Under the pieces are notes generated by a model. It saw nothing but the letters and a program-made list of their open reading frames with translations, did no database searches and was not told where the DNA came from. From NCBI GenBank assembly GCA_049320885.1, contig JBMORA010000001.1:417307-481306 (forward strand): a stretch of DNA of 64,000 bases, read 5' to 3'. The DNA comes from Thermodesulfobacteriota bacterium. GTDB taxonomy: Bacteria; Desulfobacterota; Desulfobacteria; Desulfobacterales; SURF-7. The translations under genes and the position numbers were made by a program. How positions within the stretch are numbered: position 1 is the stretch's first letter; each line of letters opens with the position of its first letter. Below, piece by piece: positions 1 through 11,100 of this stretch.

Positions 1-1
1 C

Positions 2-250
2 TGCAGACGCCACAATGCGGATCTGCTCTATGACGGCAATGCGGCCAAAAGCTTCATCAACCGGGACCTGTTCGCGGCAAACGGGATATCCGTCATCTTC
101 CAGGAATACCATCACACCCCTTACCCGCAATTGTGGGGCGATTTCACCTCCCATCTTTCGGTGCTGGACCTGCTGATGAATTGCGGACCGGAATCGAGAA
201 AAATTCTGCTGTCGAGTCCCGTTCCGGAATTGTTGGAGAAGCCATCATGA
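2..250 (+). CDS. WbqC-family protein, C-terminal part (5' truncated by the window edge; absent from the ORF track)
   Basis: Frame +2 reads ...QEYHHTPYPQLWGDFTSHLSVLDLLMNCG..., the typical WbqC C-terminal motif. Stop TGA 248-250 overlaps the next ATG (ATGA). Confidence 0.85.
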   Translation, partial: CRRHNADLLYDGNAAKSFINRDLFAANGISVIFQEYHHTPYPQLWGDFTSHLSVLDLLMNCGPESRKILLSSPVPELLEKPS

Positions 251-1422
251 CCTGCACCCGCAATTGCCCTGTCTGCGGCTCCGAAAACTGGGAGCCGTTT
301 CTTGGTTTCCGCACGGGCAGGGCGCTCACCAGCGACCAGGCCATTATCTGCGCCGATCTGGACAAATCCGTCTGCCGCGGGTGCGGGATAGTGGCGAACA
401 CCCGGAGGGCGACGGAAGCAGAGCTGCGACGCTATTATTCCACGGATTACACCCTCGGCCTGTCGGAAACCGAGCATCTGTTCTTCGGCAGCCATGGACC
501 GCTGCCCCGCTCCCAGGTATATTTCGACTGGATAAGCCCCCACCTGCCGGAACATTTTTCTAGTCTGCTGGAAATCGGCTGCGGTCAGGGGCATTTGCTG
601 AAAAGGCTTTCCGACCGGTATCCCGGAAAGCGCCTGCGGGGTATCGACGGCAGCCGGGAGGCCTGCGGAATCGCCAGGAAAAAAGGCCTTGCGGTTGATC
701 CGGGAATGCTGTCGCCGGACGATGGCGCCCCTCCCCGTCCCAAGGTGGATGTCATCCTCGCCGTCGGTGTTCTGGAACATGTGGAGACACCCGCCTTCTT
801 TGTCCATTCCATCAGCCAGATGCTTTCCGAAAACGGAACCGCCATCTTATGCGCTCCTGTTCAGGATTATCCCGGATGCGATCTGTTTTTCTGCGAACAC
901 ATCTGGCATTTCACCGCCTTCCAATGCGCCGGCATGCTGGAGAACAACGGCCTGGAAGTGGTGCATCTGGATTTCCATCATCCCGTCAACACCGGTTTCG
1001 GCCTTTTTGTCTGCCGAAGCGCCATGGGGAAAAAACATCCGGTGAACCCCGCGCCGCAAAGCCGCGCCGCCATAACGAACAGGGATGTCTGGCTACGGAT
1101 TTTCGACGCCGTGAACGCCTGGCTCGCCGCCAGGACCGGAATCCGGCTGGCGGTGTTCGGCTGCAGTGAGATCTTCAGTCTGTTGATGGCCTATACGGCG
1201 CTTGGCGACCATAACATCCTTGCCTGCCTCGACGAAAACCGCGCCCTCTGGGGCACCGGAAAGCACGGAATCGAGGTGGTTTCACCGGAATGGCTGGCCG
1301 CCGGGCGGGCGGATGCGGTTTTACTGGCCATCAGTCCAAAATATCACAATCTTGTATTGGAAAAAATCCGGCCTTACGGTATAGAGGTTTTTTCATTCAT
1401 CCAAAAGGAGATCGGTGCTTGA
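247..1422 (+). CDS. Class I SAM-dependent methyltransferase, NDP-sugar C-methyltransferase-like architecture
   Basis: N-terminal CPVC...CRGC zinc site, LEIGCGQG SAM motif, VLEHV, C-terminal Rossmann-like LAVFGC...LDEN domain. Start moved to ATG 247 (ATGA coupling). Confidence 0.8.
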   Translation: MTCTRNCPVCGSENWEPFLGFRTGRALTSDQAIICADLDKSVCRGCGIVANTRRATEAELRRYYSTDYTLGLSETEHLFFGSHGPLPRSQVYFDWISPHLPEHFSSLLEIGCGQGHLLKRLSDRYPGKRLRGIDGSREACGIARKKGLAVDPGMLSPDDGAPPRPKVDVILAVGVLEHVETPAFFVHSISQMLSENGTAILCAPVQDYPGCDLFFCEHIWHFTAFQCAGMLENNGLEVVHLDFHHPVNTGFGLFVCRSAMGKKHPVNPAPQSRAAITNRDVWLRIFDAVNAWLAARTGIRLAVFGCSEIFSLLMAYTALGDHNILACLDENRALWGTGKHGIEVVSPEWLAAGRADAVLLAISPKYHNLVLEKIRPYGIEVFSFIQKEIGA

Positions 1423-2450
1423 GAACCATATTAATCACCGGAGGCGCTGGTTTCATCGGCTCCAACCTGGTGCGCTACTGGTATGACAACCATCCGGAGG
1501 ACCGGATCATCGTCCTCGACACCCTGACCTATGCCGGCCGACTGTTGAACATACCGGTACGGATTCACAAGGACAAAGACCGTTTCGATTTCTACCTGGG
1601 AAGCGTCACGTCCATCGAGATGGTCAATTCGGTTGTCCAGAAATCGGATATTGTCGTTCATTTCGCGGCCGAAACCCATGTCACCCGGTCCATCCTCGAA
1701 AGCCGGCGCTTCTTTGAAACCGATGTTCTGGGTACCCATACCATCGCCAATGCCGTGCTGAAATTTCAGGACCAGGTGGAACGGTTCATCCACATATCCA
1801 CTTCGGAGGTTTACGGCACGGCCCTATACGATCCCATGGATGAGGAGCACCCCCTCAACCCCTGCAGCCCTTATGCCTCCGCCAAATGCGGCGCCGACCG
1901 CCTCGTGCTCTCGTATTTCCTGACCTATGGAATACCGGCGGTCATCCTGCGGCCTTTCAACCAGTATGGTCCCTATCAGCATCTGGAAAAAGTGATCCCG
2001 CGGTTCATCACCTCGGCCATTCATGACGAGCCCCTGACCATCCACGGGGACGGAACCGCCAAAAGGGATTGGTTGTATGTGGAGGACACCTGCCGCCGCA
2101 TCGAAGCGGCCATCGAGGCCCCGCTGGAAACGGTCCGCGGCCAGGCCATCAATATCGGCTCCGGGGAGGATATCAGCATCATCGACATCGCGCACATGAT
2201 CCTGCAGGAAACCGGAAAGCCCATGGAACTGCTCGTTCATGTGGGGGACCGTCTCGGCCAGGTTTCCCGACACATATCCTCAACGGAAAAAGCCGCAAAC
2301 CTGCTGGGTGTTGGTGCCGGCCGGCCGTTCCGGGAAGGGTTGCGGCAGACCATCGACTGGTATGTCCGCAATGAACCCTGGTGGCGGGAAATCGAATGGA
2401 TGAAACACGTAAAGGTATTGACCGATGCCGGAAAAGAGGAAGCCCATTGA
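1419..2450 (+). CDS. RmlB/RfbB-like NDP-sugar 4,6-dehydratase (extended SDR)
   Basis: TGGAGFIG, HFAAETHV, YASAK, YGPYQHLEKVIP. TTG start after AAGGAG overlaps the upstream stop. Confidence 0.85.
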   Translation: MRTILITGGAGFIGSNLVRYWYDNHPEDRIIVLDTLTYAGRLLNIPVRIHKDKDRFDFYLGSVTSIEMVNSVVQKSDIVVHFAAETHVTRSILESRRFFETDVLGTHTIANAVLKFQDQVERFIHISTSEVYGTALYDPMDEEHPLNPCSPYASAKCGADRLVLSYFLTYGIPAVILRPFNQYGPYQHLEKVIPRFITSAIHDEPLTIHGDGTAKRDWLYVEDTCRRIEAAIEAPLETVRGQAINIGSGEDISIIDIAHMILQETGKPMELLVHVGDRLGQVSRHISSTEKAANLLGVGAGRPFREGLRQTIDWYVRNEPWWREIEWMKHVKVLTDAGKEEAH

Positions 2451-2496
2451 TGCCATTTGTCAGGATTGAATAACCGATGAAACCATCGCCGCGGCC

Positions 2497-3540
2497 GTGC
2501 TTATGACCTTCAATCTATTGAAACTCAAACAACACCTGCGCATCATCGGCCACAACCCCTGGTTGTTGGGGCTGCATCCGAATATTCTCAACTATTTGAA
2601 ATACAAAATAGAAAAAAAAAGAACGACGGTCGATATCCACAAAAGGGGCGTGGTCTATACGACCCTGTATCTGACCCGCAGGTGCAATCTGAACTGCCGC
2701 TTCTGCATTGTGGCCCGGACGACGAACACCAGGGATCACCGCGAATTTGAAATGAGTCCTGGACAATGTCGGCGGATCATGGAGCATCCGGCTTTCAACC
2801 GCAGCCTGTATGTCATGCTCTCCGGAGGCGAACCGCTGCTGAACGACCATATCGGCGACATCGTCCGCCTGCTCAAAGGCCAGAAACGCATCGTCTCCGT
2901 CACCACCAACGGCCTTCTGTTGCCCCGGAAATTGGATCGGCTGCTGGAAGCCGGGCTTGATTCCATCAATATTTCCGTTTATGACGAGACCATCGAAAAA
3001 TTGCGGGAAATCGTCCCCGTGGCGGCCGCCGCTTCCTTTGTCAAGCTCTGCAAACTGGTGACCAGGGACATGCTTCATGATCCCGGAAAGGTGGAGGAGG
3101 CAGCGGAGCTTGCCGCCGCATCCAATTGCGGGGGGTTGTATCTGGCGAATGTCCTGCCCGGACCGGGGACGTCCCACGACATCAGCGCCGGGGTCGTTTT
3201 CGAGAACGATCCGGCCTTTGAACCATTTCAAAGACGATTGAAACGGAAGTTTCCCGGGTTGCCGATTCATTTTTTCGCTCCTCTGCAACGGACGCCCCGG
3301 AAAAGAGTCTGCCAGATCCCCTGGTACCTGGGAATTGTGGATAACCAGGGGAACTATGGTTTTTGCTGTTATGATCACCTGTGCAACAAGGGCAATATTT
3401 ATGATGAAGCCCTTTCCCGTTTCCACAACGGCGACCCCTGGCCCCGGGTGCGCGGGGAAATTCTGGATCCGTCGGCTCCGATGACCGTTTTTTGCAGAAA
3501 CTGCTACCTGTTGAACGACAGATGGGCCGCGAAGGTATAG
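2497..3540 (+). CDS. Radical SAM protein with C-terminal SPASM/twitch-like Cys cluster
   Basis: CNLNCRFC, SGGEPLL, TTNG, C-terminal CQIPW...CC...CRNC. Start may be 2503. Confidence 0.85.
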   Translation: MLMTFNLLKLKQHLRIIGHNPWLLGLHPNILNYLKYKIEKKRTTVDIHKRGVVYTTLYLTRRCNLNCRFCIVARTTNTRDHREFEMSPGQCRRIMEHPAFNRSLYVMLSGGEPLLNDHIGDIVRLLKGQKRIVSVTTNGLLLPRKLDRLLEAGLDSINISVYDETIEKLREIVPVAAAASFVKLCKLVTRDMLHDPGKVEEAAELAAASNCGGLYLANVLPGPGTSHDISAGVVFENDPAFEPFQRRLKRKFPGLPIHFFAPLQRTPRKRVCQIPWYLGIVDNQGNYGFCCYDHLCNKGNIYDEALSRFHNGDPWPRVRGEILDPSAPMTVFCRNCYLLNDRWAAKV

Positions 3541-3553
3541 GAAAGGGAAACAA

Positions 3554-3964
3554 GTGAATGAAACCGGCATCCGTTCATCCGATGGAGGCGGCCAAGTGAC
3601 GGGATATCTCTATCTTGGCGCGGCGCTGATACTGGCGGCCTATATCAATCTGGTTCTCAAATATTATCTGAACTCGGTGGGGGACATCCCTTCGGGAACC
3701 GATTTTCTCTTGTTCTGCCTGAAGTTTCTGTTTTTAAGCTTCTGGGGCCTGAGCTGCATTGCCAGTGTCGTCTCATGCGCCCTGCTGTGGTTCGCGATCA
3801 TCTCCCGGTTTGAGCTGAGCTACATTTTCCCTTTTATGAGCCTGAATTTCGTTCTGGTTACGGTTCTGTCCATGCTCATTCTGGGAGAGCCGTTTTCATG
3901 GAACAAAATCATCGGCGTGGCGTTGATCGTCCTCGGGGTTGTGGTGGTGGGGCGGGGTATCTGA
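3554..3964 (+). CDS. EamA/SMR-like small membrane protein (ArnE/ArnF-like flippase subunit)
   Basis: Four hydrophobic segments; ELSYIFPFMSL...LGEPFSWNKIIG motif. Confidence 0.8.
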   Translation: MNETGIRSSDGGGQVTGYLYLGAALILAAYINLVLKYYLNSVGDIPSGTDFLLFCLKFLFLSFWGLSCIASVVSCALLWFAIISRFELSYIFPFMSLNFVLVTVLSMLILGEPFSWNKIIGVALIVLGVVVVGRGI

Positions 3965-3966
3965 AA

Positions 3967-4707
3967 ATGACCGGATACTCCGCGAAAAGGATATCCAGCC
4001 TGCATACGGGACGGAATCATTTCTGGTTCCGGCATCGCAACCGTGTCATCGCGGGAAAACTTTACAAGGCCCTGGCCGGGATTTCGCACCCCAGGATCCT
4101 GGAACTGGGTTGCGGCAGCGGCATCATCGCCAACTATCTCAAAGCCTTGGGCTACGAAATGACGGCTTCGGATCTGAATCCGGGCTTTCAATCCTTTCTG
4201 ACCGACGGAATCGACGCCTTTGAATATTCCCTGGGGGATGATCCGCCCCCCGAACGGGCGCAGGCATACGACGCCCTTCTCCTGGGCGATGTCATCGAAC
4301 ACATCCGCAATCCCGTCGCCGCCCTGCAAAAAGCCCGGGGCTTTATCAGGCCGGGAGGCATCCTTCTCGTCACGGTGCCGGCCATGCGGGAGTTGTGGTC
4401 CGAATTGGATGACTTCAGCCTTCATGTAAAACGCTATGGCCCGGGCGATCTGCGCCGGGAGATGCAGGCCGCGGGGTATGCGGTGGAGTCGCTGGAATAT
4501 TTCATGTTCATTCCCGCGGTAATTTTGTATATCCAGCGCGGAATGATTCTGGGGAAAGGCTCGCGGAGACTGAATCACGACAGCCTTGCGATCCCGGGAT
4601 ACGTAAACGCCATCCTGGAAATGTGTATGCGCATGGAATATCATGTCCTGAAACAGATTGCGGCGCCTTTCGGCAGCTCGCTGATAACCATCGGAAGAAA
4701 ATCATGA
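3967..4707 (+). CDS. Class I SAM-dependent methyltransferase
   Basis: HFWFRHR, LELGCGSG, DVIEH, TVPA...WS..D...HVKRY pattern typical of glycosylation-locus methyltransferases. Confidence 0.85.
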   Translation: MTGYSAKRISSLHTGRNHFWFRHRNRVIAGKLYKALAGISHPRILELGCGSGIIANYLKALGYEMTASDLNPGFQSFLTDGIDAFEYSLGDDPPPERAQAYDALLLGDVIEHIRNPVAALQKARGFIRPGGILLVTVPAMRELWSELDDFSLHVKRYGPGDLRREMQAAGYAVESLEYFMFIPAVILYIQRGMILGKGSRRLNHDSLAIPGYVNAILEMCMRMEYHVLKQIAAPFGSSLITIGRKS

Positions 4708-5834
4708 AGGTTGAATTCTACAGACACGCGCTGGGGGATGAGGAGCGGGAAAGCGTTCAAACCTGCCTCAGGGGACTGTTTCTCACCACCGGCGAATATG
4801 TCGACCGTTTTGAAAAACAATTGGCCGGTTATCTCCATCTGCCCTGGGCCGTGGGCCTCACCTCCTGCACCGCCGCGCTCCATCTCTCCCTGCTGGCGCT
4901 CGATATCGGGCCGGGCGACGAGGTCATCACCACCCCCATGACCTTCATCGCCACCGTCACCGCCATCATGCACACCGGGGCGACGCCCGTGTTCGTGGAT
5001 GTGGAAGCGGCTACGGGCCTGCTGGATCCGGAGCGGATCGAAAAGGCGCTCACCCCCGCCACCAAAGCGATCCTGCCGGTGCACCTGTACGGCAACATGT
5101 GCGATATGCGGCGGCTGCGGGAAATCGCCGACCGATATGGCCTGCGCCTGGTGGAAGACAGCGCCCACTGCATCGAGGGCGAACGGGACGGGGTCCGGCC
5201 GGGCGGTCTCTCCGAGGCCGTCTGTTTCAGCTTTTACGCCACCAAGAACATCACCTCCGGCGAGGGGGGGGCGGCGGCCACGCGAAGAGCGGAAATCGCC
5301 GAGCGCATCCGCCTGCTGCGCCAGCACGGGATGTCCAGGGAGGCCGCGGACCGCTATCACGGCGAATACCGGCACTGGGACATGCTCGCCTGCGGCTGGA
5401 AATACAACATGGACAACATCCACGCCTCCCTGCTGCTGCCCCAGATGCGGAAAATCGACCGTCTCTGGGAAAAACGGCGCGAGCTTTACCAGCGATATGC
5501 GGCGGCCCTGGCCGGCATCCCCGGCGTCCGGCTGCCCGGAATACCGGACGGCTGCAAAAGCGCCCATCACCTGTTGACGATTCTCGTTTCAGCGGACCTT
5601 CGCGACCAGGTGCTGTCGTCTCTGTACCGCCAGGGCATCGGCGTGGCCGTCAACTACCGGGCCATTCATCTGCTGAGCTATCTGCGGGAGGCCCTCGGAT
5701 ACAAGGAAGGTGATTTCCCCCATGCCGAAACCATCGGCCGCAGCACCATCAGCCTGCCGTTCTGGATCGGCATGGGCGCTGCGGAAGTGGAAACCGTAGC
5801 CGACAGCCTCCGCCAAGCCATGCATGAAAAATAA
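4704..5834 (+). CDS. DegT/DnrJ/EryC1/StrS PLP-dependent sugar aminotransferase (ArnB-like)
   Basis: SCTAALHL, PVHLYG, EDSAH, FSFYATKNITSGEGG (PLP lysine). ATGA-coupled start. Confidence 0.92.
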   Translation: MKVEFYRHALGDEERESVQTCLRGLFLTTGEYVDRFEKQLAGYLHLPWAVGLTSCTAALHLSLLALDIGPGDEVITTPMTFIATVTAIMHTGATPVFVDVEAATGLLDPERIEKALTPATKAILPVHLYGNMCDMRRLREIADRYGLRLVEDSAHCIEGERDGVRPGGLSEAVCFSFYATKNITSGEGGAAATRRAEIAERIRLLRQHGMSREAADRYHGEYRHWDMLACGWKYNMDNIHASLLLPQMRKIDRLWEKRRELYQRYAAALAGIPGVRLPGIPDGCKSAHHLLTILVSADLRDQVLSSLYRQGIGVAVNYRAIHLLSYLREALGYKEGDFPHAETIGRSTISLPFWIGMGAAEVETVADSLRQAMHEK

Positions 5835-5885
5835 TGAAAATCAAGGTGGTATGCGGTATTATCGACGGGTTTGTCAAAAAAACAT

Positions 5886-7148
5886 TCAAACACGTTTCAT
5901 GTACTCCTCGATCCGCTCGATCATCCGCGTGAAGGTGAATTCCCGGCTCACTGTCCGGGCGGTTGCGGAGATGCGCCTGCGAAGCTCCCCGCTGCGCGCC
6001 AGCTGGACCACCATCTTCGCCAGGGAAGCGGCATCTCCCTTTGAAAACAGCATGCCGGTTCTGCCGTGGAATATGATCTCCGGATTCCCGCCGGCGCTGG
6101 AGGACACCGTCGGAATACCGGCTTCCAGGGCATGGATGAGGGTGAGGGAAAACGGCTCATAGAGAGAAGGAAACAGGTACAGGTCATACTGCTGAAAAAG
6201 GTCGAAAAGCGAACTTTCCGGCACCGGCGGCAGGAATCGGATCCGATCCTGAATGTTCAGGGAAGCCGCCGTTTTTTGCAGGCGTTCCAGGTACTGCCGA
6301 TCCTGGGCGTCGCCCAGGATGTCGAGCCTGACGTCATGACCGGACAGGGTTCGCAAGATTTCCGGCATTGCCTCGAGGATGGTGTGAACCCCTTTCATTT
6401 CAACCACTCTGCCGGCAAACAGGAGGTGGAGGCATCCGGGGCGGCGCAGCTCGCCCCGGTCGCAATAGGCGCTGTCGCCATGCGCCGCCAGATTGACGCC
6501 ATGGTGGATGACGGCGGCATCCTGGAAACCGATCCCTCCCCGGGCGTACAGGTCCCGCATGAACCGGCTTGGGAAAACCGCCCGCCCGCGGATATGGAAA
6601 CGCTTCCGCCCTCTTCCGGCCAGCAGTCTTGCCGCGACCGACTTCAACTCGTGTTTCCATGAAAAAGACGCCAGCACGTTTTCCGTGAAATAGGTCTGCC
6701 AGAAATCCGGCCGCAGAAAACACAGCAACCAGTTGTCGGTGAGCAGGAAAGCGAGTCTCCGGCCGGTCTCCTGCAGGGCGTCGAAAAAGGAGCGGTCCAG
6801 AAAAAACAGGTTCCAGGCGAAAATGATATCGGGCTTCCGTTCCGCGACCAGCCGTTGCATCCGGTCAACATTGTGCCGGTTGATGCGTTCCCGCTCGGAC
6901 GCCTGGGCGTCGAAGGGCCGGTAGATGTCCGTATGATCCGCCAGTAATTGCAGGGAACGATCCACGGTGATTCCCGGATAATCGGCCTTTTTGCTGCCAT
7001 AGCCGCTGGTCAACACAAAAACTTCATGGCCCCTGGCGGACAGGGCCAGGGCGTTTTCATGGCACAGCCGCTCGTACCCGCCGACGGCATTGGGGGGATA
7101 GAGATTGCTGATGAAAAAAAAATTCAACCGGCCATTCGAAGCATGCAT
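5886..7148 (-). CDS. Glycosyltransferase family 4
   Basis: YPPNAVGGYE, FAGRVVEMKG, EPFSLTLIHALEAG (second Glu of EX7E replaced by His). Start inferred at 7148. Confidence 0.88.
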   Translation of the reverse strand: MHASNGRLNFFFISNLYPPNAVGGYERLCHENALALSARGHEVFVLTSGYGSKKADYPGITVDRSLQLLADHTDIYRPFDAQASERERINRHNVDRMQRLVAERKPDIIFAWNLFFLDRSFFDALQETGRRLAFLLTDNWLLCFLRPDFWQTYFTENVLASFSWKHELKSVAARLLAGRGRKRFHIRGRAVFPSRFMRDLYARGGIGFQDAAVIHHGVNLAAHGDSAYCDRGELRRPGCLHLLFAGRVVEMKGVHTILEAMPEILRTLSGHDVRLDILGDAQDRQYLERLQKTAASLNIQDRIRFLPPVPESSLFDLFQQYDLYLFPSLYEPFSLTLIHALEAGIPTVSSSAGGNPEIIFHGRTGMLFSKGDAASLAKMVVQLARSGELRRRISATARTVSREFTFTRMIERIEEYMKRV

Positions 7149-8044
7149 GTGTAAAATTCCTGGTCCTCCTGGTAGCGCACCGGGTCCAACCCGCGTGCTG
7201 CGCAGGCATTCATGTAGCTGATAAACAAAGCGACCATGCTTGTCAACTGATGGGTTTCCGTGACGGCTGCGAATCTCTCCCAATACTGCCATCCCCCGCG
7301 CCTCAAATTCGGGTGAAGGGCGGTCGCCTGCAGAAATGCGGCGCAGCAATAGGCCCACTCCACCCGAACCCTGGCATGTTCTTCCCGGATGGTGTTCCCC
7401 TGGTGGATCCGGTAGGACAGGAGCGCCTCGTCATGCAGAAGGATCTCCTTTCCCCGGGTCAGCAGGCGCAGCATGAATTCCAGGTCATGGGCGTACCGCA
7501 GCGATTGAAAATAGCCGACTTCCTCGAAAACACTCTTTCTGAGAACCAGGTTGGAAGTGGTCATGATGAAGTTGCCGTTCAGAAGCGCCAGGGCCATATC
7601 GCCATCCTGATCATAAAACGCCCGCGCCTGCCGATACCATGCATTTTCGACGGACCGGCCGCTTTCGTTCATGAACGAAAGCCCGGTGGCGACGGCGGCC
7701 GCCTCCGGATGCTTTTTCAGCAGGGCCAGGCATATTTCCATGCGCCGCGGATGATAGGCGTCATCCGAATTCAGGATGGCGACGAATTCCGACGTGGCCC
7801 GATGCAAGCCGGAATTGATGGCCTGATGGGCTCCCTGATTGCGCTGGGACCAGCAGACGACGACTTCGGGATGCCGCCTTGCGACCCCGGCCGCCACGGA
7901 AGCCGAGCCGTCCAAAGAGCCGTCATCGACCACGATGATTTCCGCCGGCCGGACACTTTGCCGCAATACGCTTTCCATGGCCGCCTCTATATACTTTTCG
8001 TGGTTGTAGAGGGGGATTACCACCGAGAAACCACCGCTGCTCAT
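7124..8044 (-). CDS. Glycosyltransferase family 2
   Basis: SVVIPLYN, VVDDGSLD, LNSDD, HDLEF. Confidence 0.9.
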   Translation of the reverse strand: MSSGGFSVVIPLYNHEKYIEAAMESVLRQSVRPAEIIVVDDGSLDGSASVAAGVARRHPEVVVCWSQRNQGAHQAINSGLHRATSEFVAILNSDDAYHPRRMEICLALLKKHPEAAAVATGLSFMNESGRSVENAWYRQARAFYDQDGDMALALLNGNFIMTTSNLVLRKSVFEEVGYFQSLRYAHDLEFMLRLLTRGKEILLHDEALLSYRIHQGNTIREEHARVRVEWAYCCAAFLQATALHPNLRRGGWQYWERFAAVTETHQLTSMVALFISYMNACAARGLDPVRYQEDQEFYTCMLRMAG

Positions 8045-8107
8045 AGGCTGACAGCCTCCTTTGGCATGGTCACAGGACGCGGATATTCCGATATGCGGAT
8101 TGCCGGA

Positions 8108-11100
8108 TCATTCATTGCGCGCGGCCGCCCCATCCGGAAAACCCATCAAGCCGAGATCCGCCAGCATCCGGCGAATGGCGTCTTTCCCGGCCTCCAGTGA
8201 ATACCGTCTTTGAATATACGCTCTTCCGTTCACGGAAAGATGATTCCAGAGCTCCTGCTGCTCATGCAGATTGACCACGGCCCGGGCGAAAGCAGCCGGA
8301 TCGTCGGCTATCAGGATTTCCTCGCCATCCCGCAAACCGGTTCCCTCCACGGCCATGGTAGTCGCGACACAAGGCACACCGTATCCCAGGCTGGTGACCA
8401 CCTTGCCTTTCAGCCCGGCCCCGTAGCGGATCGGAGCCACCGCGATGCGACAGGCTGAAAAGCGGGGTGCGATGTCCGGTACATGTCCGAGAATGGATAT
8501 GCCGCCGCCGGAGAGATCCAGCACCGCCTGGGGGGCGTTTTTACCGATAACGAAACATTCCACCTGCGGGAGTTTTTTTCGGATCAAAGGCCATATTTCC
8601 GTCCCGAACCAGATAACCGCATCCACATTCGGCCGGTGCTGGAACCCGCCGATGAATACTACTCCCCGGCGTTCCTCAAATCCGGCATCCGCACCGGGAA
8701 AATCCCCCCGGATCAGGGGGATGACGAACAGGCTTTCCGGCGTCACGCCCGCTTCCCGAAGCAGGAGTTCCTTTTCCACCGGACTGAGCAGAATCGTGGC
8801 GTCGACACGACGGATCACGGACAATTCCAGTTCCTTGGTTCTGGCCGCCTGTTCGGCAAGCGCAGCGGAATTCTCCACGGCCGCCTGGCGCTCCTCGCGC
8901 AGATAATGCAAATCCACCGTGTTGTAAACGATTTTGGCGCGGGGGCAGAAACGCCGCACCAGATGAACATGGGCCGCGGCGCAATGCGGACGGTAGATCA
9001 TGACCAGCTCGAAGCGCTGGCCGTGTGCCTCCAGATAAGCCCCGATATCCCTGACAAACGGGGCATGGAGGCATTGCACCCCGATCCGTTGCAGATCCCG
9101 GGTGTATGGCTCCACGCATCTGAGATCCGCGGCTGGAATGAAGGTAATGCTGAATCCCAGGGATCGCAGAATCAGGAAATAGGAAACCAGATCCTGGGAA
9201 CCCGAATCCTGGTCAGGGGTGGGCGTCCATTCATCGATGATCAGCAAATTGCCGCGCGGGAGGGCAGCCTTCACAAACGCCCCCGCAAAATCCCTGCCCA
9301 AACGGAAACCCGATGATCTTTTTTTCTCCGTCATACCTTCCGTATCACCGATTCCGCGACAAACAACGGAATGCGGATTCAACACCACCCGGGACAATGG
9401 CTGGTGATACGCTTTCCTGCCCGCGGCCCTGACGGCCATGGCCAGATACATCCCTTCTTCTTCCGGGCTGCAATCCGAAGGCATTTCAGCGGCGCCGCCG
9501 AAAAACAGGTCCCGGGGAATCATGATGGCGAACGCCGGACAGAAGTCTACTTCCCGCAAATAATGGAAGGCCGGATGGGCCGGGTCTTCGCCGCTTCCCA
9601 TGCGCAGCAGTCCGCCTTCTTCATCCGCCTGTCCGCCCGCCGCCCAGATGCATCCGTCCGCGCGGACGACCGTTGCCCCGGCAAGACCCGCGTCAACCGT
9701 GTGCCGGAAAACCCAGGCCAATTCCCGCAGCCATCCTGGTGATGCGTGAACATCCCCCCGCAGGAATACAAGTCGCGCGCCTTTTGCGGCTTTTGCACCC
9801 GCCAGCCAGACGCTCATGCCGCTTCCTTCAGCCGGGACCATTCTTGCGCCGGCAATCCGCGAAAAAATCCGCTCGCGGTCTTCTTCGTCAAGCCGATCCG
9901 TAACCAGAATCACCTCACACTCCTCGTCCGGCAGGGTGTCCAGCAGGGATTTCAGGTTGCGCAAACTGCTTTCCGGATGGTCATGCAGGGGAACGATGAT
10001 CGAAATCTCCGGCACCGCCGGCTCCGGAAAGGCCAGGACCTCCTCCGGGGATAAATGCGGCGCGTGGAGACTGACAGACGTCTGTTCCGCATCGGGGCAG
10101 GCGCGTTCGTGGGCCATCCAGGCCTGATAGGAAGGGGAATGGCGGAACAGTCCCCCGGAATGACGAAACACGAAGGATCGCATCCGATAGCGGGTTTCGT
10201 AGGATAAGGGCAGCCCATGATACAGCAGGCGCAGCGGACGCCACAGACAGGGACCTGCCAGGGCCCGCAGAAAGCCCATGGTCCACCGCATCGGGGCGGT
10301 GATCCGCCAGCTGGTCGACGCCTGCAGGTCCGCGGCCGTTCCCTGAAGCGCCCGGATCTGACGCTGCAATTCAGCGGTTTCCTCTTGAAAGGCTTCCACC
10401 TGTCTGTCCCGGTCGGCGGAGAGACGGTTCATGCGGCGCTCCCGGTCGTCCACCGCCCGTATCAGGATGTCGATTCTTTCGGCCCGGTCCGCGATGATCC
10501 CGTCGAGGGCCTCTATTTTTTTTCCCAGCTCCGCCAGCCGCCGATCCTTTTCAGCCGCTTCCTGAATCAGGTCGGCTATTCGGCCATCGCGCTCCAGCAA
10601 GCTGCGGCCGAGAGCGCCCGCCTTGCTCTCCAAGTCGGCGGTGCGCCATTCGAATTCGATCCCCCGTCCCACAGCCCCGAAAAACCGTCGGAGCAGATGT
10701 CCCTCCGCCCGGCGCGACCATTCTTCCGTCAGCCGCCGCAGACTCTCCGGTTGCTCGGCGCCGACCAGGAGCACGCCGAGGCCGTGACTGTGATGGAAAC
10801 CCAGGTGCGGATGGACAGCGACCAGTTCCTCCCACAACCGCCATACGCCGAAATCCCGCTCCCGCACATCCGTGTCATGCAAGACGACGACAGCCTTTTC
10901 GGACAGTTTCGGCCGCCAGGTATCGAAATCGTGCTTCACCGCATCGTAGGTATGCAGGCCGTCGATGTGCAGGAAATCGATGCTGCCGTCGCTGAAATAG
11001 GCGACCGCTTCATCGAAGGTCATGCGCAGCAGGTTGGAAAAGCCGCTGTAATACCGCTGGTTGTGTTCTCGGACGGACTGGTAGACCTCTTCGCCGTAAA

